A DNA stretch of 64,000 nt. Source: Spirochaetia bacterium. GTDB lineage: Bacteria; Spirochaetota; Spirochaetia; UBA9216. The stretch is taken from positions 4,064,001 through 4,128,000 of the forward strand of contig OY776510.1 of the NCBI GenBank assembly GCA_963675665.1, read 5' to 3'. Shown one piece after another: positions 57,019 to 64,000 of this stretch. Numbering within the stretch: the first letter of the stretch is position 1; the number at the start of each line of letters is the position of its first letter. Made by a program: the position numbers and the translations under genes. Below the pieces are notes generated by a model. It did no database searches and had not been told where the DNA came from. It was given only the letters and a program-made list of their open reading frames with translations.

Positions 57019-57882
57019 TTAATTTGGGAACAGAAGTTCTTCCGCATTCCGGTAAAGGATGCTCTCAATCTGTTCACGGCTTAATTCCGATTCTTCAAGC
57101 TCCTGAAGATACCGGTCCGCATTAAGAAGCGGGAAATCGGTGCCGAACAGTATTTTCCCGGCCCCGACCAGGTTTACCGCCGTTTTCCAGATCGACTTGT
57201 CATAAAGATACGGAGAGGCTGCGCTGTCGTACCAGACATTACCAAGAACCTGCTTTGCTTCTTTTTTCAATGTGTTGAAAAAGAACAAGCCGCCGCCCCA
57301 GTGCGCAAGAATTATCCTGTTGTCCGGGTATGTTTTAACAAAATCATAGATTCCTTTTATGGACATCGGAGCTTTTCCGCTGTAACTGTGGCCGACGGGT
57401 TCGTTTACATGCATAAGAACAGGCTTGTTCCGTTCCCTGCAGACAGCCATAACGGCAGCCATGGCTTCGATATATTCATGGTCCATATCACGATCGTAAA
57501 GCCCGACCTCACCTATCCCTGAAGCTCCCGCATCAAAACATCTTTCGGCTTCTTTTCCTGCGGCGTTGTTGCGGGCGAACGGGTATATGCAGGTAAATCC
57601 GTACAGCCTTCCGTTGCTTGCTGCCGAATCGGTTAAAATCATGTCGTTATGCTCACGCAGCAGTTTTTCATTCCTCCAGGCAAAACCGAGGATTACCGAT
57701 GCATCAACTCCGCAATCATCCATCTGCCTGATTACATCAGCGCTGCCCGACAACCTGTATTCAGGATTGTCATAAAGAATTCTGAAATCAGGTTCTGTTT
57801 CCAAAAAAGGCCGGCGATCGGTAACGACCCCGGCCGGCTGTACATGCGAATGGAAATCTATAATCTTTCCGTTATAATCCAA
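57019..57882 (-). CDS. Amidohydrolase_2 family metallohydrolase
   Basis: DFHSH, GIGE, MHVNEPVGH.Y.GK, LAHWGGG, LFGTDFP. Confidence 0.88.
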   Translation of the reverse strand: MDYNGKIIDFHSHVQPAGVVTDRRPFLETEPDFRILYDNPEYRLSGSADVIRQMDDCGVDASVILGFAWRNEKLLREHNDMILTDSAASNGRLYGFTCIYPFARNNAAGKEAERCFDAGASGIGEVGLYDRDMDHEYIEAMAAVMAVCRERNKPVLMHVNEPVGHSYSGKAPMSIKGIYDFVKTYPDNRIILAHWGGGLFFFNTLKKEAKQVLGNVWYDSAASPYLYDKSIWKTAVNLVGAGKILFGTDFPLLNADRYLQELEESELSREQIESILYRNAEELLFPN

Positions 57883-57897
57883 AGCCTGTTCCGTTTG

Positions 57898-58425
57898 TTA
57901 CCAGGCAAGCCGCTTGACCGGCGGATATGCCTTTCTGACAGCCCTGGATAATACAAAGCCGCCTGCTACACCTACCGCGCTCTGAAGAATATTCATTGGA
58001 ACTTCCACCGCAGCAGCGCCGAATCCTACCATGAAAGCGCCGCCCAACAGATAAAGGCCGACCATAACAATCATTCCGGCAAAACCTGCTGCGGGTTCGG
58101 CAAACTTCCTGGTCGAAAGCGCCTTTATAATAAGTGCGGCGACAAACCCCTGAAGGCCGTGAGCCGCAAAGGTTATCGGAGCCCATTGTGAATAACCTGC
58201 AACAATATCGGCAATTGCCGGGCCCAAACCGCCTGAAATTAAAGCCGTAAAAGGTCCGAAAGTAAATGCTGTAAAAAACACCGCTACATCGCCCAGGTTG
58301 ATATACCCGCGCGTCGGCGCAACCGGAATTCTCACTACATAGGTAAAAACCATTGTAACCGCTGTCATGATTGCGATTGCCGCAATACGCCCTGAAATAT
58401 TCTTTCTCTCCATATTGTCACTCAT
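57898..58425 (-). CDS. ECF transporter S component (HmpT/PdxU2-like)
   Basis: Highly hydrophobic; IPVAPTRGYINLGD, GLGPAIAD...GYSQWAP. Confidence 0.88.
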   Translation of the reverse strand: MSDNMERKNISGRIAAIAIMTAVTMVFTYVVRIPVAPTRGYINLGDVAVFFTAFTFGPFTALISGGLGPAIADIVAGYSQWAPITFAAHGLQGFVAALIIKALSTRKFAEPAAGFAGMIVMVGLYLLGGAFMVGFGAAAVEVPMNILQSAVGVAGGFVLSRAVRKAYPPVKRLAW

Positions 58426-58493
58426 AAGGTTATCTTACCAGAATCATTAAAAGGGTACAATCAAGGCGAATAACAGTATTATTATATTTGTTA

Positions 58494-59213
58494 CTATTTG
58501 ACTATTCCGAAGGTCATGGGCGTCCATAAACCCGTAGCCTGGCCGGAAGCTTTCAATACCCGATTCACCCAGTTGTTACTGGTAAAAAAAAGGGAATATT
58601 TGCCGCGCGATTCATAAAACCGGTAACCCTTATAGGAAGGGTGAGCCAGACTTTCGGGAATTTTTCTTATGCCGCCCGGGACTGAAGAACTCATTTTGCC
58701 GGAATAAAACCATCCGGCAATATAATCAGCGGCGGCAGCGGCAGCTTTCCCGGATACCGGCACTGCGGTAACCGATGCGCGGCCAAGCGGAGTACGTTCG
58801 GAATACTGAACGGCAAGTACCGATCGGCTCGGCAGGAAAAGGGCCTTTAAAAGGATACCGGGCCTGACATCGGCGGCATATGGAGTATTTAAAAAGAAAT
58901 CCCGGTCGCCCCAGCCGAAACCGTACCAGCCGCCGGATAACGGATTATCATCAATATCGAGAAAACCGCAGTATTGCGTCGGAAGCCAGACATCAAAGTG
59001 CCGGCCGTTATCATCAAGGAAAATAAATGTGTCCGCATCTTTTTCATGAATACCGGCGGATACGGTCTGCTGCGGGGTTACGGTAATTATTCCTCCGAAA
59101 AAAACGGCGCAAAAATACAGCAGAATGAATCCGCAGAAAAGAGCGCCGGCTGTAACCGCCGCGCGCCTCAACCTGCCCGGCCTTTTTTTACCGGAGGATT
59201 TTTTAATTCTCAC
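58494..59213 (-). CDS. DUF2459 (TIGR02117-like) membrane-anchored protein
   Basis: NGRHFDVWLP, FGWGDRDFFL.TP, FYESRGKYSLFFTSNNW, WTP; start reassigned to GTG 59213, overlapping the ecfT stop. Confidence 0.75.
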   Translation of the reverse strand: MRIKKSSGKKRPGRLRRAAVTAGALFCGFILLYFCAVFFGGIITVTPQQTVSAGIHEKDADTFIFLDDNGRHFDVWLPTQYCGFLDIDDNPLSGGWYGFGWGDRDFFLNTPYAADVRPGILLKALFLPSRSVLAVQYSERTPLGRASVTAVPVSGKAAAAAADYIAGWFYSGKMSSSVPGGIRKIPESLAHPSYKGYRFYESRGKYSLFFTSNNWVNRVLKASGQATGLWTPMTFGIVK

Positions 59214-59995
59214 AGCAGAACCGAAACAGCTGTTGCAAGTCCCATTATCAGGGTTGCTGCAATTAACTGTAGAATAATCGATTTCCATGGACGGAGCTTT
59301 CGGCATGATGTGCGCGGATTGCTGCGCCCCAGCCCCTTTGAGTCAAGGGCCATCGCAAGAGCCGGTATGCTTTTTACCGCATGAATCAGAACCGAGACAA
59401 GAACAGGGAACATATTGTTCAAACGGTGTCTGAACCCATGCCTGCGTCCCGCTTCCCGTTCTTCAAAACCCGCACGGCGTAGTTTATGTGCATCGGAAAT
59501 TCTGCCGTATGTACTGAACATATCCGGAATATAACGCAGCGATATTGTTACAGTAAGAGCAGCACGGTACGGCAGCCCGAACGCGCGCAATGCAAGAATA
59601 AAGGGGCCGGTTTCGGTTGTACTGAAAAAAAGGTAAAAACCCGCGGTTATTCCCGTAAAACGAATAATAAGCGCGGCCGTAAGCAGCAGGCCCCGGTCGG
59701 TAAGAATCCTTCTCTGCCCGATTTCCAGCAGAACAGCTCCGTCGGTATTAAAAGGGGGCGTCAGCAATGCAGTAAGGACCAGAATCGGAAGGATTGACTT
59801 TACAGGCGTTAGAACTCTCCGCGGCCCAAGACTCAAACCCACCCAAAAAAGAATAAAAATCAGCATGGCTCCCTGTACTGCAAGCGTGCTTTCGGCCAGA
59901 AACAGCACGACAAAACAAACAAGCATGATAAATTTGGGCCTCGGGTCCAGAGAATACACAGGCCCGCTGCCGTGAATAAACGTCTCAGTTATCAT
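59210..59995 (-). CDS. ecfT: ECF transporter T component
   Basis: LDPRPK, TMs, LRYIP, LRRAG, AMALDSKG. Confidence 0.88.
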   Translation of the reverse strand: MITETFIHGSGPVYSLDPRPKFIMLVCFVVLFLAESTLAVQGAMLIFILFWVGLSLGPRRVLTPVKSILPILVLTALLTPPFNTDGAVLLEIGQRRILTDRGLLLTAALIIRFTGITAGFYLFFSTTETGPFILALRAFGLPYRAALTVTISLRYIPDMFSTYGRISDAHKLRRAGFEEREAGRRHGFRHRLNNMFPVLVSVLIHAVKSIPALAMALDSKGLGRSNPRTSCRKLRPWKSIILQLIAATLIMGLATAVSVLL

Positions 59996-61469
59996 ACGGC
60001 ATATCTCCGGAATCAGTCAGCCATTCGTTAATCCGGCCGGGGCTCAACTCCAGTATGTTTTCGTGGAGCTTCCCGCCGCTCATTCCCAGGACCCTGTCGG
60101 ATACGGAAGCAGCCAGCTCAAGATTATGGGTAATAATTATCAGGCCGCGGCTTGTTTTCTTCAGTTTCACCGCAAGTTCAATAAAATCCCTGAAAGAAAG
60201 CCCGGTATCCGCTTCATCCAGAATAAAAACAGGGCGCCTGAGAAGATAGTAAACCGCCGCCTGAAGTCGTTTTCGGGCGCTGAAACTCATAAGCGCCGGA
60301 GGAGTGTCCGCTTCAGGAAGTTTGAAATCTTCAATGGTTTTGTCGACCGTCGCCTTAATAACAGAAGCGGTGTAACCGGCTTCTTTTAAACCGTATGCAA
60401 GCTCTTCATAAACAGTCGGCAGAAAAATCTGGTAATCAGGATTTTGAAACATATATGCGCAGAAAGCATTTAAATATGAAGCATCCGCCGGCTCGGGGGT
60501 TCCAATCGTGCCGCTTTGGGGTTCAGCCAAACCGCACAGAAGCCTTGCAAGGGTTGACTTGCCGCAGCCGTTGCGTCCGACAATCGAAACAATCTCATTT
60601 TCTTTAAGTTCAAATCTTTTAACGGACAATCTGAACTCGCCGTTATCGTAACGGTATTCAAGATTATCAGCCCGGATAAGTATACTGCCGCCGGCTGAAC
60701 CGGAATAATTCTTCCTAATCTCGGGCAGATCCGGTATTATGCCGGCGTCAGCCAGCTTTTTTCTGAACGATCCCGGAAAAGGAAACCTGACAGCATCTGA
60801 CATTTTGCCGTGATCAAGCAGATAAAACGCGTCAGCTTCCCTGAAAACATTGAAATACTTCGAAGAAAAAACAAGAACGCTTCGGCCGGAAGCCCTTAAA
60901 ATTTCAAACAACTCAATTTTTGAAGGATTATCAAGTTCTTCAAAGGTTTCATCAAGTATCCATAACTCCGGATTAACCGAAACCAACCCGGCAAGAGCAA
61001 GTTTCTTTTTTTCTCCGCCGGATGTTTCAGATGTCGGAGAGTCAAGCAGACAGGATATTCCGAGTTTTTCGAATGAATCTTCAACACGGATTTTTATCTC
61101 ATTTTCATCGATGCCGAGCGACTCAAGAGCAAAAGCAGCCTCATCAAAGCATTCGGTAGTAACGGTCTGACGTTCGGGATCCTGAAAAACCAGCCCGCAA
61201 TGTTCAATAATATTTGAAGGGTCAGAATCAAGCAGATTAATCCCGCCCAGTTCCGCCTTTCCCGACAAACTGCCTCCGGTATGCAGCGGAACAAGGGCGG
61301 TTAAAATCATTGCCAGGGTACTTTTCCCCGACTCGGCCCCGCCGAAAACAACTGTAATTTCACCTGCCGGGAGTTTGAATGAAAGCTCCGACAGGATTTC
61401 ACTGCTGCTGAAATCATTATACGACGGATATTTAAAACACAGCTTTTCGACCTTCAAACAGTTCTTCAT
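59985..61469 (-). CDS. ECF transporter ATPase (fused tandem NBDs)
   Basis: GAESGKST / FQDP / TSGGE / LDE and GRNGCGKST / FQNPDYQ / LDE. Confidence 0.88.
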   Translation of the reverse strand: MKNCLKVEKLCFKYPSYNDFSSSEILSELSFKLPAGEITVVFGGAESGKSTLAMILTALVPLHTGGSLSGKAELGGINLLDSDPSNIIEHCGLVFQDPERQTVTTECFDEAAFALESLGIDENEIKIRVEDSFEKLGISCLLDSPTSETSGGEKKKLALAGLVSVNPELWILDETFEELDNPSKIELFEILRASGRSVLVFSSKYFNVFREADAFYLLDHGKMSDAVRFPFPGSFRKKLADAGIIPDLPEIRKNYSGSAGGSILIRADNLEYRYDNGEFRLSVKRFELKENEIVSIVGRNGCGKSTLARLLCGLAEPQSGTIGTPEPADASYLNAFCAYMFQNPDYQIFLPTVYEELAYGLKEAGYTASVIKATVDKTIEDFKLPEADTPPALMSFSARKRLQAAVYYLLRRPVFILDEADTGLSFRDFIELAVKLKKTSRGLIIITHNLELAASVSDRVLGMSGGKLHENILELSPGRINEWLTDSGDMPYDN

Positions 61470-61635
61470 TTCTTAAAGATTATACCTATTTTAGGATTTT
61501 CCTCAATCGAATGATTATTTTAACAGAATTTTATCATAGATCCTGAATTACGTATTACATTGTGGTATAGTCTCAAGGATTTGGATTCAATTTTGCCGGC
61601 CAAACGATTAACTTGATAGGCAAGGAGGACGAAAG

Positions 61636-62370
61636 ATGAACTACGATCTTACTTTCGGAAACAGGATAAAATGTACTGAAGCAGAAAAAAAGCACTCACT
61701 CGTACTTCTGAGAGAAATTCTTGAACAATCAAAAAAAGCGCGCACAGCCGGATTTTTGGTTCTGGGTAAAGATGCGGATTTAATTTCCAATTCTTTTCTC
61801 AAAGACGGAATCAAACTTATAGGCAAGGGATATGATTATTCCGCAGTTGAAAAAATACTTGATATAAAAATCGCCGTCAGAAATGCGGACGGTATTCATT
61901 TGCTGGAAATGGCCATGGTAAAAGAAGGAATCCTTTCAATACTGAGAGCTGATCCGGTCAGTCTGACTGAAGAAATTCTGTTCTCTTTTCTTGGATCAAC
62001 TATCTATGAAAAACATCTGAGAGAGCAGAACGATGATTTTACAAAATATATTGCCCAGATTGCAAACTCGGAGCGCACAGCCCGATCCGAATGCGGATTC
62101 TGGATGCTGCAGGCAAGCGACAACGAAATCAGTTTTATGCTGAAAGCCTTCGACTGGGAAACCCTCGGAATTCTCATGAAAATGGAAACTGACGCGGTTC
62201 TTTACCGCGTGTACAGCAATCTGAGCCGCGAATCAGGCAAACTCTTCAGGGAACGGCTGCTCATTTTAAAGGATCCCGACGGCAAAGCGATCGGCGAGGC
62301 AGAAAACAAGTTCAGAGCTGTTACATCAAAGATATCTTCAGGCAAGGCTGCAACAGCAAAAGCAGGGTAA
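61636..62370 (+). CDS. Soluble fusion of a MotA-like cytoplasmic domain and a FliG C-terminal domain
   Basis: KKARTAGFLVL...FLKDGIKLI..G, then MVKEGILSI...EEILFSFL (MotA-like); ASDNEISFMLKAFD.ETL...YSNLSRE...EAENK (FliG-C-like); no TM; SD AGGAGG. Confidence 0.68.
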   Translation: MNYDLTFGNRIKCTEAEKKHSLVLLREILEQSKKARTAGFLVLGKDADLISNSFLKDGIKLIGKGYDYSAVEKILDIKIAVRNADGIHLLEMAMVKEGILSILRADPVSLTEEILFSFLGSTIYEKHLREQNDDFTKYIAQIANSERTARSECGFWMLQASDNEISFMLKAFDWETLGILMKMETDAVLYRVYSNLSRESGKLFRERLLILKDPDGKAIGEAENKFRAVTSKISSGKAATAKAG

Positions 62371-62457
62371 ATTCCCAGGGCAGACGACAGCGCCTGCCCT
62401 CCCAAATAATATCCTCCGCCTTGCCCCAAAGCATTATAACTGATAGACTGACTGGCT

Positions 62458-64000
62458 ATGGCAGATATCGGAGAAAAACCTCTTATTGTTCAAAGCGACA
62501 GCTCTCTCATGCTGGATGTACACAATTCGTCTTACGAGGCGGTCAGAAATGATATTGCGGCTTTCGCAGAACTGGAGAAATCTCCGGAACATCTCCACAC
62601 TTATCGTATCACTCCGCTTTCATTATGGAATGCAGCATCTGCAGGCATTCCGGCAGCAGAAGTTATGGACAGGCTCTCCCGCTGGTCCAGGTTTGCAATC
62701 CCCGAGAACGTACGTTTTTCCGTGGAACAGACTATCAGCAGGTTCGGCCAGCTTGTACTGAAGGAAACGCAAAACCCCGATTTTCTTTACCTGGAAGCAG
62801 ATAATTATAATATTGTAGTCGAACTCGAATCACGAAAAAGTCTCTCAAAACTTCTGATCCGGGAAGGCGACGGGTTTCTGGTCAGACTTGTTGATCGTGG
62901 CTCTGTGAAAGTTGAACTGATAAAAGCCGGCTGGCCGGTCAAGGATATAGCGCCGCTGACCGACGGCGAACCGCTGGAGTTTTCACTCAGGGAACAGACT
63001 ATAGGCGGCATGGATTTCCATATCCGGGACTATCAGATTGAGGCGGCAGACGCTTTTTACGGCGCCGGAAGCCAGGGTTTCGGTTTCGGAACAATCGTAA
63101 TGCCGTGCGGTTCGGGCAAAACCATTGTCGGAATGAAAGCCATGGATCTCTGCAAAACCAATACGCTTATCATTACAACCAATATAGCCGCTGTCCATCA
63201 GTGGATGCGGGAGCTTCTTGATAAATCAAATATTGACCCGGAGCATCTCGGGGAATATACAGGCTCGAGGAAGGAAATCAAACCGGTAACAATCGCTACA
63301 TACCAGATTCTTACCTGGCGGCCGGACAAGGAAAGCGATTTCCCGCACTTTAAACTGTTCACAGCAGGCGGCTGGGGACTTATCATATACGATGAGGTCC
63401 ATCTTTTGCCTGCCCCCGTGTTCAGGGTCACTGCCGAAATTCAGGCTGTAAGACGAATAGGCCTCACTGCTACCCTTCTGCGTGAGGACGGCCGCGAAGC
63501 GGATGTATTTTCGCTGGTCGGCCCGAAACGTTTTGATGTACCATGGAAAGAACTCGAAGCAAAAGGCTGGATTGCCGAAGCAGGCTGTAACGAGATTCGT
63601 GTTGATCTGCCGAAAGACCTGCTTATACAGTATGCGGCCGCCGACAAAAGGCAGAAATTCCGCATTGCAAGCGAAAACCCGCGTAAACTCACAATCGTCA
63701 AACAGCTTGTTGAGAATCACCGGGAGGATCAGATACTTGTGATCGGTCAATATCTTAAACAGCTTCACCAGATTGCACACATGCTCAAGGCGCCCATCAT
63801 TACCGGCAAAACACCTAACGCAGAAAGAGAGATTATCTATCAGGATTTTCGCGATGGAAAAGTTCGTGTAATCGTCGTCTCCAAGGTCGCGAACTTTGCA
63901 ATTGATCTGCCGGACGCATCGGTGGCAGTTCAGGTTTCCGGAACCTTCGGCTCGCGCCAGGAGGAAGCACAGCGGCTTGGACGGATTCTTCGGCCGAAAG
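62458..64000 (+). CDS. XPB/Rad25-like DNA repair helicase (runs off the window end)
   Basis: Not in the ORF track. PLIVQSD, ELEKSPEHLHTYRITPLSLWNA, PCGSGKT, DEVH, GLTAT, GSRQEEAQRLGRILRPK. Confidence 0.93.
   Translation, partial: MADIGEKPLIVQSDSSLMLDVHNSSYEAVRNDIAAFAELEKSPEHLHTYRITPLSLWNAASAGIPAAEVMDRLSRWSRFAIPENVRFSVEQTISRFGQLVLKETQNPDFLYLEADNYNIVVELESRKSLSKLLIREGDGFLVRLVDRGSVKVELIKAGWPVKDIAPLTDGEPLEFSLREQTIGGMDFHIRDYQIEAADAFYGAGSQGFGFGTIVMPCGSGKTIVGMKAMDLCKTNTLIITTNIAAVHQWMRELLDKSNIDPEHLGEYTGSRKEIKPVTIATYQILTWRPDKESDFPHFKLFTAGGWGLIIYDEVHLLPAPVFRVTAEIQAVRRIGLTATLLREDGREADVFSLVGPKRFDVPWKELEAKGWIAEAGCNEIRVDLPKDLLIQYAAADKRQKFRIASENPRKLTIVKQLVENHREDQILVIGQYLKQLHQIAHMLKAPIITGKTPNAEREIIYQDFRDGKVRVIVVSKVANFAIDLPDASVAVQVSGTFGSRQEEAQRLGRILRPK

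Noticed and set aside
61566-61635. Leader of the MotA/FliG fusion as a c-di-GMP riboswitch
   Set aside because: Too short and lacks recognisable GEMM motifs.
62486-63780. Several short ORFs in the track at the window end
   Set aside because: All are alternative frames of the XPB helicase, which lacks a stop within the window.
1-64000. CRISPR arrays, tRNA/rRNA, IS elements, prophage
   Set aside because: No spaced direct repeats, cloverleafs, transposase, integrase or phage genes seen by eye; intergenic gaps are short.

Overview
Chromosomal segment, most likely from a free-living anaerobic spirochaete. This is inferred from a UPF0164 barrel, spirochaete-style 'AxGxxE/D' signal ends (YASGSRE, FAAGQQD), a Treponema/Borrelia-type HrpA and a bacterial XPB. 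About 55 CDS, mostly housekeeping or metabolic: rluA, dnaE2-like, hrpA-nudC-aroB, iscS-thiI, vor-type oxidoreductase, typA, mod-like ABC, hsp20 pair, sugar ABC plus two-component system, ECF transporter. I found no rRNA, tRNA, CRISPR array, integrase or transposase. Most interesting: (1) a soluble MotA-cytoplasmic-domain/FliG-C fusion whose FliG torque-helix charges appear reversed; (2) a coupled TPR / Asp-box-propeller-HAMP-PP2C / Zn-ribbon operon divergent from an outer-membrane barrel, a candidate trans-envelope signalling system; (3) about a dozen genes with -10 boxes only 6-9 nt from the start codon, suggesting pervasive leaderless mRNAs; (4) an atypical ModA-like ABC operon with a Fur-type 7-1-7 box and an adjacent Fur protein; (5) an orphan DnaE2 with a LexA-like palindrome; (6) an Old Yellow Enzyme with a rewired active site inside a sugar ABC operon. 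All family calls come from reading motifs by eye; no database searches were run.
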